NCBI RefSeq assembly: GCF_018350175.1
Contig: NC_058373.1
Location: forward strand, 107,758,001 to 107,822,000
Length of the DNA: 64,000 nt
Origin: Felis catus
Lineage: Eukaryota
Direction of reading: 5' to 3'
Below the pieces are notes generated by a model. That model searched no databases. It was not told where the DNA came from and saw only the letters and a program-made list of their open reading frames with translations. The position numbers were made by a program, and so were the translations under genes. This document shows positions 38,025 through 50,869 of this stretch, piece by piece. How positions within the stretch are numbered: position 1 is the first letter of the stretch; each line of letters opens with the position of its first letter.

Positions 38025-38490
38025 TTTTTTTTTTTTTTTTTTTTTTAATTCTTTTTTTTAATTCGTAAAGTGAATTGACATACAGTGTTATATTAGTTTC
38101 AGGTGTACAGTATATTGATTTCACAATTCTGTACATTACTTAGTACTCACCATGGTAAGTGTCCACACTGTACAACATGTTATAATAACTATATTCCTTA
38201 TGCTGTACTTTTCATCTTTGTGACTTGTTTTATAACTAGAAGTTTGTACCTCTTAATCGCCTTCGTTGATCTCATCCCTCCCTATCCACTTCTGGCAACC
38301 ACCAGTTTCTTCTCTGTATTTGAGAGTGGTTTTTCATTTGTTTTGTTTTTTTTTTAGATGCCACATGTAAGTGTAATCACACAGTATTTGTCGTTCTCTG
38401 TCTGACTTATTTCACTTAGTATCGTACCCTCTAGGTCCATCCATGTTGTTGCAAATACCATTCTTTTTTATGACTGAGTGGTATTCCATC
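38025..38490 (-). mobile_element. 5'-truncated L1 3' end with poly(T) tail
   Basis: Same family as 21090-21972 (tattccttatgctgtacttttcatc; ctctaggtccatccatgtt). Confidence 0.88.
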
Positions 38491-40239
38491 TGACGGTTCT
38501 TAAGTGTAACTCTTCTAACCCCAGAATCTTGTCACCTTCATGCTGCACAGGTGTTTTGTGCACGGTGGCTCTTCTGGATGGTGACTTCTACTTCTAGCAA
38601 TCTCCTCTCATGATCCTAAAATTATGTCAGTATACCTTTGGAGCACCATTGAATTTGCCACGTGAGGGACACCGCTTGCTTGTGGGCTTGGGACGGAAGA
38701 GGCATAGCCTTGGTTCTGGCCATTGGTGAAGTGAGAGATCTCTGAAATTCTCCCAGCTCTTGAGAATTCTGATGTCATTCACGTCCACTGCCAGGATGGC
38801 TGCTTCATGACACTGGCTGCGTAAGAAGAAAAGGAAATAAATACGAGAGACCTAGCTTCGCTGAGCCCATGGGAAGTAGGGCAGCAGTCAAGTGCAGAGG
38901 TGCCTGGCATTTCCCAGCCACGTCAGTACAGGTGTTTTGTGATGCAAATCAAAACAGGCAAAAGGGTGCACTCTGTGCCAGGCATTTCCACAAAAGGAAG
39001 CTGTTGTGTGACGCGTATAGCACACGTCAAGCAGGGATTTTAGTGGCCGATTTCATCTTTCCCCCCCTTTGGTGATTTGTTGCATGACGTGCTTAATGTT
39101 TGTAACTCAATTGCAAGAAAAAGAGCTGGTGGAAAGTGCCAGAAGGTTGCTGTGTGACCAGACCTGCTCTTTTCAGGGCTGCAGAGCCAGCTGTGAGGCC
39201 GTCAAACAGCTGCAGGTACAGCTTGGGGCAGCGCCTGGGTCTGTAATCAACAGGTCTGTCTGTCAATGAGATAGGTGGGGTGGTCACTTCCAGGTCTGCT
39301 CTGATGAACGTCCTGACCCTATTGATCTCTGCTTGGGTGAGTGTGTGTGTGACTTCTAGAAGTTCCTTCCATGGCTTGTCTGTGTAACCTTCTGTTTTAA
39401 TCAGATCCACATTTGCTAGCTCCTTAAAGCTCTAGGAACCAAGGAACCTTACTTACAAATCATCCAGGACAAATTTTAAAATTTTTAAGTCCCCATGACT
39501 GTCCTGCACTCCAGTTGAGTGATTGAGGCTAGACTGGAATTGCTTACCAACTATGTGGCTTTACATGACAGTTTTTTGGGTTCTGCTTCGGAAGAATGAC
39601 CTCAGACATGCTAAGGGCTCATTTCTGTCCTTGTCACTATACTAGGCTGCATACTCATTCTCTCTCAGTTCCTTTTTCTAGTATATTTCCTCACAAATAG
39701 TTTTCCTGTTTCCACTATTTTTAGGGTAGCCAGTCCTAAGATACTCACACATAGACAATCTCCCCTCTCACCCCCTTTTCCAGAGAGCACGTTTGTGGAG
39801 CACCATCTCTCCCTAAAGTCTCTGTCACTTGGGGTCCCTTTGAAGCTGGCTTTTGTAAGAGTCTCTCCTTAATACTTAATTTCCCCAGACTGTGTAGGTA
39901 TTAGACCTCAAGTAAAAAGGGAGGAGCTTACATGAGGTGTCTAGTTAATGTTGACCACTATGCAGAAGTAGTATGTCGTTTGTATCTTTTCCTCATCCGT
40001 GGACTAAAACTTGTAACATGTATTTATGGACAGTAGATGGACAGAGCCTCCAACAGCAATTTGACGGTGATGGGAATCAAGTGTGCACTGTGCACGCTGA
40101 AGCGGACAGATGATCCTCCACCATGAGTCTCAACTTGTTCCTTCTAAGAGTTCTGCTACTGTGTCCAGAGGGGCAGAGAAGTGATAAACGGGGCGGGGAG
40201 ATGGGGTAATGCCTAATCATCGTAGATACTCAGTAAGGG

Positions 40240-40410
40240 TTAATTAGGTGCCAGGTTGAGTGCTCACATGCGTTAACCTAGTCTGTTGTCAGAACACCTT
40301 GGAGATAGTATTTCTTCTCCTCTATTTGGGAGGCAGCAGAGGCCCAGAGAGGGTAAGACGCTTGCTTCGACTTAGTGATGGAGCTAGAGTTTGAGGATCT
40401 GTGTAGAGCC
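40240..40410 (-). mobile_element. MIR
   Basis: gaggcccagagagggtaagacgcttgc. Confidence 0.6.
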
Positions 40411-40970
40411 ACCAGCCCCCATCATGCCCACTTCAGGAGATTGATAGGAGGCAAAACAAAAAACTGCAAGATGAACTCCCATCTATTTGCCTTTTAAGGG
40501 TATCTATTTCTTAGTTCTGATAAAGTGGTAGAGAAATTAGCAAGGGTTTAATTGTTTATAAGGCCCCAGAGAGGAAGGATGGATGTCTTCTGCTGTGTGT
40601 GATTCTACCACAGGTGACAGGTCCTCAGATAGCACAGCGCTTCCCCAAATTAACGTTGGCAGCTTAGCAATTTAATGAGTGAAGTATCAAATGATCACAG
40701 AGCACAAATTTGATCTCAGGGGTTAACCTCCCTTCAAACACTGCACTTGCTATGCTGGACACTTCTTTTATCTTTAACTGTGTGTTCTCTTAACTGAACA
40801 GTGAATTGCTAGGTAAAGGCACAGTTGAGTGTGTCAGCACAAGTGCACTGCATCACGTTTTGGATAGATTCTACAAACAGTAACAGGAGGTAGCCAGAGG
40901 CATCTCCCAGTGTTGGAGGCTGTAGCCCACACCAATGGCCTTTTTTCTCCTTTGAAGATAGTTTTAAAAT

Positions 40971-41214
40971 TGGGAATGCAAGCTGGTGCAGCCACTCTGG
41001 AAAACAGTATGGAGGTTCCTCAAAAAATGAAAAATAGAACTACCTGATGACCCAGCAATTGCACTACTAGGTATTTATCCAAGGGATACGGGTGTGCTGT
41101 TTCGAACGGACACATGCACCCCCACATTTATAGCAGCACTATCGACAATAGCCAAAGTATGGAAAGAGCCCAAATGTCCATTGATGGATGAATGGATAAA
41201 GATGTGGTATGTAT

Positions 41215-41260
<46 letters not shown>

Positions 41261-41645
41261 GAGTATTACTTGGCAATCAAAAAGAATAAAATCTTGCCAT
41301 TTACAACTACGTGGATAGAACTGGAGGGTATTATGCTAAGTGGAATTAGTCAGTCAGAGAAAGACAAATATCATGACTTCACTTATATGAGGATTTTAAG
41401 AGACAAAACAGATGAACATAAGGGAAGGGAAACAAAAATAATCTAAAAACAGGGAGGGGGACAAAACATAAGAGACTCATAAATATGGACAACAGACAGA
41501 GGGTTACTGGAGGGGTTGTGGGAGGGGGGATGGGCTCAATGGGTAAGGGGCACTAAGGAATCTACTCCTGAAATCATTGTTGTGCTATATGCTAACTAAC
41601 GTGGATGTAAATTAAAAAAAATAAAATTAAAAAAAAATTTTAAAA
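40971..41645 (+). mobile_element. 5'-truncated carnivore L1 3' end with TSD; internal (CA)n at 41217-41258
   Basis: tgggaatgcaagctggtgcagccactctggaaaacagtatggagg start; A-rich tail; AAGATAGTTTTA flanks both ends. Confidence 0.93.
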
Positions 41646-42215
41646 AAGATAGTTTTAGATTAGCGGTTAATTGGCCAATACGTTCACGACTTTGTTGAAG
41701 CAATTATTATGTGTCTGAGGTTATGTTAGACATGGAATGTGCAGAAATAAAGATAGGTTCTCTGCCCTCAAGGAGCTTATCTAGGGAAAACAGGTACATG
41801 AACACTTTTAGGGATCACATATTTTATTGTGTGTGTGATAAGACCTTGATGCAGAAGTCTGTAAAGGAATAAAACTTTCATGAGCCAAGCAAGTGAGAGC
41901 CAACACTGCCACTGCACATCTTTCTGCCTGTGTTTTGTGAACCATTCTGTTAATGTGAGCTTGATTTAAAGTCTACCCTCAGTCCTGGACTTCAACCAAA
42001 CAGCCATTATAGGAATGATCTTTGAAATGAGTTATTTTCCCTAAGCATTTAAGTTCTTCTCGTTTATCTTTCATTCCATCATTAGCGGATGACGTCAACG
42101 TTCTCACAAGTCATGTTTAAGCATAGTTTAGGGATGGTGTAGGGGTTTTACCAGATATTTACTTGGGTTTGTCTGCTGCCCCTTGCTTTATAATCTGTTC
42201 TTCAGTTTATCTGTC

Positions 42216-42216
<1 letters not shown>

Positions 42217-42262
<46 letters not shown>

Positions 42263-42264
42263 TT
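42217..42264. repeat. (TTTA)n microsatellite
   Basis: Visible. Confidence 0.97.
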
Positions 42265-42462
42265 GAGTCTCTTTGAATTTGGTTGGCAAGAGGTGGGCTG
42301 GGGGGGGGGGGAGGGAAGCCAGTAATAGGTATTCCTCAAACTGAAGGGATTTTGGTGAAAATTCAGGAGAGGCCGTCATTCTGCTGCTAATCTAAGGTGG
42401 TTTGATTTTGCCAAGGTAAAGAGAGAATACTGGCTTAGTTGCTTTTTAAAAATGCACCTACC

Positions 42463-42632
42463 TTTTTTTTTTTTTGAGAGAGAGCACGCGCACACACACG
42501 CATGCGCATACGCACACGTGAGGCGGGGAGAGGGAGAGGGAGAACCCACGGGTTCCACGCCCAGTGTCCATCACATCATGACCTGAGTGGAAATCAAGAA
42601 TCAGATGCTCAACCCACTGAGCAGGTGCTCCC
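42463..42632 (-). mobile_element. Internally deleted SINEC
   Basis: TSD AAAAATGCACCTAC on both sides. Confidence 0.88.
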
Positions 42633-43471
42633 AAAAATGCACCTACTTTTTATTTAACTATTTTCCCGGAGCCAGGGGGATAGGGTGTTGCGGTATAAAT
42701 GACAATTTTGTACTGGTAGTATTTTTCTGATTATCTTCAAGGCTGCATGGAGGGCGTCCATGCAGGTGTATTCATGCTCTCCTCCTCCTGCAGCCGCCTT
42801 CATCCTCTGTCTCCCTGGCTGGGGTGTCCATACCCGCTGGTTGCTGGCCAGAGTACCTCTTGCCTGCTAGGAAAAGAGTGGTGTTTCTGGGCCTCCTGGA
42901 GCATCTGTAGTTTATTCTGGAATCTCAATTTTCTGGAGCTCTGTGCTCTTGGCTTGGATTTAGTTACCCCTAAGTGCTGGTGAATGTTAACTAGAAGCTA
43001 GTGGAGGTGATAAACCTAATGTAGACCCCTCAGAGGTACTGAGTCCTTTTTCATCAGATTTTGGTTAGTAATGCTTCTGTCTCACACCCCAGAAGCCTAA
43101 TATAACTAGCAGTGAACCTCGTTAGTAATTTACATCGGCAGATCTGAAGTGTTAGATATTAAAAATCTGTTTTACACCGGCAGTGTTAACTTCATTCAGT
43201 CGGCGAAGTTTCCTGGGGTGTAGGACAACGCAACCACCTTTGACCAAAATAGAAAGGAAGAGGACCCAGGTTTTGTAGGCAATGGCATTAAATACACTTT
43301 AACGAGCATGGCTGAGGCAGTGGGATGAGGAGAGTGGATGAATGGGTATTGGGGGAGGGGAGTTTATGCCATTGGGCTCCCCAAACCCATTCCTCCAGGT
43401 GCCGACAGAGCTTAGAAACCCACAGGGGAATTCCCAGGGTCCTTTCCATTCCTCTTTCTGATGAGATCTTT

Positions 43472-43701
43472 TTTTTTTTTTTTTTAATTTTTTTTTTTCA
43501 ATGTTTATTTATTTTTGGGACAGAGAGAGACAGAGCATGAACGGGCAAGGGGCAGAGAGAGAGGGAGACACAGAATCGGAAACAGGCTCCAGGCTCCGAG
43601 CCATCAGCCCAGAGCCTGACGCGGGGCTCGAACTCCCAGACCGCGAGATCGTGACCTGGCTGAAGTCGGACGCTTAACCGACTGCGCCACCCAGGCGCCC
43701 C
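43472..43701 (-). mobile_element. Very young SINEC_Fc-type with 15-bp TSD
   Basis: TSD TCTGATGAGATCTTT at 43457-43471 and 43702-43716; many CpGs intact. Confidence 0.97.
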
Positions 43702-44899
43702 TCTGATGAGATCTTTGACCGGTTTATTTGGTAACCAGGCTTCCATTTTGGTCAGCGCTGATGTTTTCATGTCTTCCTAAATGTCAGACCGCACGGTTGA
43801 TATTCTCAGGGAGGGGGTCACAGCCAGAGCAGTGTGCCATAGAGAAGGCTGATTGTGGCTGTGTCCGGGACTCCTCCTACTTTCGAATGGTCTGGAGGCG
43901 TGTGGCCAGAAAGCGGGTTTTGAACGAAGAGAAGGAAAGGGCCGGGTGGATGAAAACATGGGGCCATTTAAAGCATGTGGTGTCTGGAAAGGTGGGAGGT
44001 AGGACAAGGCTTGTTGGCAGATGGAGGGAAACAAAAGCTTTGCCTCCGCTTCTGATGTGTGAGCCTCAGGTGAAGGAAGCCACTTTTCTATTTTGATTGT
44101 GTTGAGACAGAGAGAAGCTTCTCTCGTTCTTTATTGGGTCCAGTAAAAGGGAAGCATTTTTATTACCTATGTCCTTAATTTTAGGAAGCTGTGCTCTGAG
44201 CTGGTTTGCACACTGGCTTCAGTATATGATTTCCGCGGCTGACCTTTTCCTCTCCTTCCTCTCTGTCACAGTCACCAAACGACATTTTCAGTAACCCTGG
44301 GTAATGTGGCCTTTCCTGTGAGTCCTCCAGGCTCAGGGTTACCACCTCTACCCCGCTTTACGCTTTCATCCCAACTGGCTCTTCTGCCTGGTGGCACTTT
44401 GCACATGATTATTTGTAATTGATGAGTCATCCCCCTGAGACTGTAGGCATCTTGAAGGCTTGAAGGCAAGGTCCACAGTCCGTCAGCATCATCAGCCGCC
44501 AGCACATGCCTGGCACACAGCAGGTGACCACTGGGCATTGCTTGTCCGGCCGACAGACTGACGCAGAGGCAGCCGTGGGAAGTGTGGTTCCATGGATTCA
44601 TTCCGCGAATTTGATAGCATGATGGGGGAGGGGGAGTATCACTTGATATTCCTAAAAGTCTGCGCTTGGGACTTGTAAGTGGCCGCTCGTTTGCTTAGCC
44701 CTTTACAGGTTTCAAGGTGTTTTCCCTGTTTCCTACTCTGACCCTTCCAGTGATGCTCTGAGGCAGCCAGACCTATCTGACCTATCTGACTCTAGCCTAG
44801 GTCTGACTCTAGATACAGTGCTCTTTCTGCTGTCTCCTGCTGCCCTCTCCACATGTATGGAGGACTATATACCAGTCTTTAATACTTCTTAGCTTATTT

Positions 44900-45050
44900 G
44901 ATCGCCTGGCAGTCTTGTTGAGGTAGATATTATGGTCCCCATTGTACAGATGAGGGCATGGAGGCTCTGAGGGGTTAAGTAAATTCTCTAGGAACACGCA
45001 TCCAGTAAAAGGGGGAAGGAAGGTTTGGGCGCAGACCCAGTCCTGTACTG
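44900..45050 (-). mobile_element. MIR
   Basis: ccccattgtacagatgagggcatggaggctctgaggggttaagtaa. Confidence 0.8.
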
Positions 45051-47631
45051 TGGGAGCGTAGAGCTGTTGCCTGCACACTGTGCCAACGGAAACCTGCTAC
45101 TGTTCTGGTGCGGGGTGGGGAACAGTGTGCGTGGCTTCAGAAATTCTGGATGGTGCCTAAGTATATGGTCGTTCCTGTGTTCGTAGCTGGGTCACAAATA
45201 CTGTATTTAGCAAGTGCCTGTGCTATGCCAGGACTGTGCTTGGGATACAAATATGAATACGGTAACTACACAGAGAACGGTGACAAAATAATCTGTTATA
45301 AATGTCCCAAAAAGGTCTGCATGAAGTGCTATAGGAATCAGAGCTGGGAAGATAACCGACGTTTGTGTAGCACTTTGTATGTTGTCTTTTGAGTTCACTC
45401 CTATTTGCATTCTCTCTCTCCCTCCTCCCTCTCCCGTCAGGGCTGAGGATGAGACTGTAGCCCATCCAAAGGCCACCCGTCAGCCCCCGGACCCCAGAAA
45501 ACACCAGCACATGCATTTGCCAGGCTGCTTTGTACACAGTGTAAAAACAGAGGGAAGGGAACTGACAGATATTTAGATCTATGGGCTTTTATAGAAAGTA
45601 ATTTATTTGGTCAGAGTTTATGCCTCATCTTCAGGTTCCATACTCCTTGAGAGACTAAGAACATCTCATTGCCTTTTGGAGCCCTATCTGAAACAGACTA
45701 GAAAGTGCGGTAGGGTCTCTCTCCTCACTTCTCATCAGAGTCTCCTGCTTCTCCAAGACACTAAAGAATGTCCTCTCTCCCCGTGTCTGTGTCTACTGGG
45801 GAAGCTCAACAGCCTGCATGACTACGCTTTCCCCAGCGTCCTGGGGAGGAAGGGAGGGGGATATTGTTACTGCTCCTTTGTGGGGTCGAGGTGTCCACTG
45901 TGCTGACCGTGTAAAAGCCCTTCGCTTAGCTTAGACCCTCATGTAACTTCAAAATAACCTCGCTGGCTTCCATCTTACAATACTCGGAGATCAGTCCCCT
46001 GGTGTCTGGGGGTGGGATTGTACAGGTTATTCTCCAGCTTTCCCTGTAAGAGCCAGTCTGTTCCAGGCAGCCACAGCTGTGGAAGTGGGTAGATTCTGGA
46101 AATGGGTGGGCTTTGGTGAAGCACCGCTTTGCTTTGTGTATTAGGACCCCAGGGTACATGAGCACACGACATGTGTTTTTAACTTCTCAATTTATAGAAT
46201 TGAAGCAGTCCTCAGGACATGGCAGAGGTTTTGTGATACTCTGTTGAAAAGCTTTCATTTCCCCCCACAGGATTGATTGGGCTGTAGCCCCGGGTGTCTT
46301 GAGAGAAGGCTGCATTACTGTAATTTATTTCCACAGTCTTTGTGAGGTGGGGGTTCCTTTGAAGGATTCCGCAGGATTCTGGAAGTATATGTTTATAAAC
46401 TTTATTCTCACAGATGGTGCTTCTAGCAAAGGGTTGGCCAAGTTGCGTCCGTCACACTTGCTGCTTTAAGCGTGACGGGGAGGGGGGTAGACATGGTGAT
46501 TGGGGCCTGTGTGGAGGAGGAGAGGGAAAGGCCTGCTGATATTCTGTAGATTCACTCTTTTTTCCTCTGCTCTTCTGTATGGTGAATTCCAGGATTTGGA
46601 TATATGTGCACATTTTAGATTTGCTTTATGTAAACGAAAGCATACTTGCTTGTTGGGAGGGACACATTTGAATGAACCAAGTGGTTTTGGGGGCACAGCG
46701 AGGGGTGGGGAGATTCTGGAGGAGACTCGTCCGGTGTTGCTGGTTTCCCAGCTGGTGGAATAGTGTCAGTGTTCTTCGATAATGGGGTTAGCTCTGTGGG
46801 GCCCAAAAAGGCAAATCAAGGTTAGTAAAGAAAATGACATGCTCGTGGCCTACGGTGGCTTGATTTGAGAGAGAGCAACCTAAATGTGAACATCCATCTT
46901 GAATTCTTAGTAATTGGGGATGGCTTCCCATACCTGTCTCTGTTTAGCGACAAAGCTATAAAAGCACAAGCTGCTGAGTTTGCACGGCTACTGTTCACGG
47001 TGGTGGACGAACAGACTTCTGTATTAGCAGCTTGCGCTAACCCCGGGAGCAGTCTGCGCGTCTGCACGGAGAAAGCTGCTCCCACAGTTTTCATAGCTAA
47101 TCGTGCCCTCACCTTTTGGGGTACGGAGTCTCAGAGCAGCCGCAGTGAGTGTGGCAGGAGCGCGGAAGTAGGACCCTGGGGCTCCGGTGGCAGGTGGCCT
47201 GCTAAATGGCAGCAGGAATGTAAGGGAGTCATCACCTCTGTCTACCCCAGGTTAGCTTTCTAACAGAAAAATGAGGCTGTTGTCCCGAAGAGCTTTTCTG
47301 GCTCTGAATTCTATGATACCTGTTCTTTGCGTGTAGACTTCCTCCCTAACCATTCCTGTGGGTCTCCTTTTGAATTATTTACCCTTTCCTTAAAGTCAGG
47401 GTTCCCCTCACTCTTCCTGTCCTACTACTCCTCACATGTGTCCAGAGGGCTGTTAAAGAGCACAGTGAATTGATGTGCAGAGATATCTCTGATGATTATC
47501 ACGTTGGAAAATCTAATTACAGAGAGGTATTTATGGTATATGGCCTGCTTCTGAAATAGTGTTAATGATAGTAATATTTGTACAAGTGTAGGGGTTTTTT
47601 TGTTTTTGTTTTTTTCAGAGAGTGTGTGTGT

Positions 47632-47841
47632 TAGGGAGGGAGGCAAACCATAAGAGACTCTTAAAAACTGAGAATAAATTGAGGGTTGATGGGGGGGTGG
47701 GAGGGAGGGGAAAGTGGGTGATGGGCATGGAGGAGGGCACCTGTTGGGATGCGCACTGGATGTGGTATGGAAACAAATTTGACAATAAATTTCATAGTAA
47801 AAAATAAATAAAGAAAATTAGCATGGCAATAATAAAAAAAA
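47632..47841 (+). mobile_element. Short felid L1 3' end inserted in an antisense SINE fragment
   Basis: agggagggaggcaaaccataagagactcttaaaaactgagaa...gacaataaatttcat; flanked by agagag(t)tgtgtgtg. Confidence 0.85.
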
Positions 47842-47889
47842 GAGAGAGTTTGTGTGTGTGCGAGGGGCAGAGGGAAAGGGAGAGAATCT

Positions 47890-48126
47890 TTTATTTTTTA
47901 ATTTTTTTTTTTACATTTATTTATTTTTGAGAGACAGAGAGCACAATTGGGGCAGAGGCAGAGAGAGAGGGAGACACAGAATCCAAAGCAGGCTCCAGGC
48001 TCCAAGCTGTCAGCACAGAGCCCGATGCAGGGCTTGAACCCACAAACTGTGAGATCATGACCTGAGCTGAAACCAAGAGTCAGACGCTTAACTGACTGAG
48101 CCTGAGCGCTTAACCAGGCGCTCCCC
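47890..48126 (-). mobile_element. SINEC
   Basis: Full body with T tail. Confidence 0.92.
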
Positions 48127-48167
48127 AGAAACACACTTGATTCCAATAGTTCAAGGGATGTAGACTT

Positions 48168-48362
48168 GGGGGTGCCTGGGTGGCTCAGTTGGTTAAGCAT
48201 CTGACTCTTGGTTTCAGCTCAGGTCATGGTCTCATGGATTGTGAGTTCGAGCCCCACGTTGGGCTCTGTATTGAGCGAGGAGGGAGCCTGCTTGGGACTT
48301 TTTCTCTCCCTCTTGCTCTCTCTCTCTTTCTCTCAAAAATAAATAAAATAAACTTAAAAAAA
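48168..48362 (+). mobile_element. SINEC
   Basis: ggggtgcctgggtggctcagttggttaagc head; A tail. Confidence 0.93.
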
Positions 48363-48629
48363 GTGTGTTTCTGAATTCAGGATTTTTCAATCTTTCATAG
48401 GGCCATGTGTCATCTATTAAATAATGGCTCTACTAAGGGGGGTGGATGGCACCCTGTGATCAAAAACATTAATGCTTCTGCAGTGAAACATGAATATTCA
48501 CACTAAGTGGGATATATAAAGATTACAAATGACATTATGTATGTTCAAATCAGATTTTGACAACAAACGTTATAAAAGTGTTTTGGGTTTTGGAGTTTTG
48601 TTTTGTTTTGTTTTAGTTTATTTATTTAT

Positions 48630-48696
<67 letters not shown>

Positions 48697-48884
48697 AAGA
48701 GAGAATCCCAAACAGGCTCAGCACTGCCAGCACAGAGTCCAACGTGAGGCTCGAACCCATGAACTGTAGGATTAGGACCTAAGCCAAAATCTAGAGTGGA
48801 CACTTAACCAACTGAATCACCCAGGTGCCCCGGGTTTTGGAACTTTTTGAATAATAGGACAGTAGATAAGGGATTGTGGACCTG
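48363..48884. mobile_element. MER46C-like Tigger MITE, interrupted by a SINEC
   Basis: tgtgtttctgaattcagg, catgaatattcacactaagtgggata, gataagggattgtggacctg terminus. Confidence 0.8.
48595..48831 (-). mobile_element. SINEC with expanded (GA)n
   Basis: TSD GGGTTTTGGA on both sides. Confidence 0.93.
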
Positions 48885-50659
48885 CATAGCCAAAGGGAAC
48901 AAAATCTGGAAGATTTTGTTCCAAACCCTTAGCAATAGTTTTCTCGGGTGGAGAAGTGGGGTGGAGTTATAGAGGACTTTCATTATCTAAATCGTGTTTT
49001 TTCCAGTGAGCATGTATAATTTATTATCAGAAAAATTAGAGATACACATCAAACATAGGTAGAAACACACTTCACAAATCTATAGCAGTGTTTTTGTTAG
49101 GACATTAAGATTTAAATGATTTTTCTTAGTTTTTCAAACTTATGAAGTGGTCTATTTTACATACACTTGATTCCTTTCCTAGATAAGGGTGTTATAAAGA
49201 AATATGTGATACTTAAAATGCCAGTGGTAAACAATAAATCCATTGGGGTCCCATGTGGGGAACCAGGAGCCACTTCTTCCTTGCTGATTTGTACATACAG
49301 CACATTATACTGACCTATAAAATAATAAAAATCATATGGAAGAAGCCAATGATGATAGCAAAAATATAATGTATGGGAAGAGACTTTATAGAAATATAAG
49401 GCCTTATGGAAATGTAAGGTGTTACTAAGGTAACACTGCAATTCTTTGGGGACCAGAATGGATGGAGTTGGTGGGAATGAGCTTTGTCTGAAAATTGACT
49501 GGAAGAATTCCTTCAAAATAGAAGGAATTTGCAGTTTTATATGTGGAATGTAAATTGGATGGTTGCTAGTTGATTAATTTTATCAGTTGACATGTGAGGA
49601 CCTGTATTATTCTTAATTTTGACATGTTTTCATATTCCTAAAGAAAAGACACTTATTATCTTTTCCCACTTAAGTGCATAATTAGTTTTGTATGTTGTCC
49701 CATACAACTATAATATGCATAATATTTCAGTCACTTCTTCACATAATTTTTTTTTTGTTCTGCTATTATTTTTTGTTCCAGATAACACCTCTCTGTGCCG
49801 GTAGTTCTTCCTCTTCTTTTTTTCTTTTTTTCTGTGTGTACGGGTTGTGTTCCTGGGAGAGATTTTCTGAATGCTGTAAGATCTTGAAGTTTATCCCGTA
49901 AATGTTTATTGAGCGCCTACTATTTGTGAGGCTCTGGAGATACAAAGATGAATTTTTAGGACCTATGCACAAGCTGTGTCCATGTCCCAGAACTCTCAAC
50001 CCATTACTTAGTTAATTCTCCATTTAAATTCCACTTCACCAAGAGGCCTTTTATGAGTCCCCCAAAGCAATTTAGGTTTTTTGTACTTTTCTCTCTCATA
50101 TAATGACATTTGTGAGTACACAGTCAATCTGGGACTACTTGTTCAATTTCTGTCTTCCTCATTAGACTCTAAACTCTGAGACAGGTCTCAGGTTTGATTT
50201 GTTCCCCCTGGGGGCCTCTATACTTAGTACTATATACCTGGCATAAACTAGGTACCCAAATATCTCTAACAAATTAATATTTGAATAAATGGATTACGTG
50301 AACAAATATTTGAATGTGTTCCCTTCTTTGAAGAACATTAGAACCTGTTCTTAGATTATTAGAGAGGAACAATAGATTGGATTGATAATTTCAATGATGT
50401 GTAAATGCTTTATACAAAATAAGCTTTCTTCCTCTTTGCAATGAAGTCGCTAGAGAAGGAAGGACTCACTGCCAACATCTTATTCAACGTCTTACAACCT
50501 GACATTTTCCCGGACTCTCCAGTACTCTTAACTCATCTTAAGTTCTTTTCTGCTAAAGCTATTGCTTTTCTGTATAAATCCTTTATCTGTCATCGCATTA
50601 CACACCATTAACATTCACCTGTTGGACTTATTTTGACATCCTTGTTTTCTTATTTTCAT

Positions 50660-50869
50660 CTTTATTTATTTTTTAAATGTTTATTTTTTGAGAGAGAGAA
50701 AAAAAGAATGAGCAGGGAACGCAGAGAGAGAGGGAGACCGAGAATCCCAAGCAGGCTCCACGCTATCAGCACAGAGCCCAATGTGGGGCTCAAACTCACA
50801 ACCCATGAGATCAGGACCTGAGTCAAAAGCAAGAGTCGTATGCTTAACTGACTGAACCACCCAGGCATC
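50660..50869 (-). mobile_element. SINEC
   Basis: TSD ATTTTCATCTT on both sides. Confidence 0.93.

Noticed and set aside
47810..47827. Resemblance to U6 snRNA (AGAAGATTAGCATGGC)
   Set aside because: Only about 11 exact bases, in an A-rich context, with no flanking U6 sequence; likely chance.
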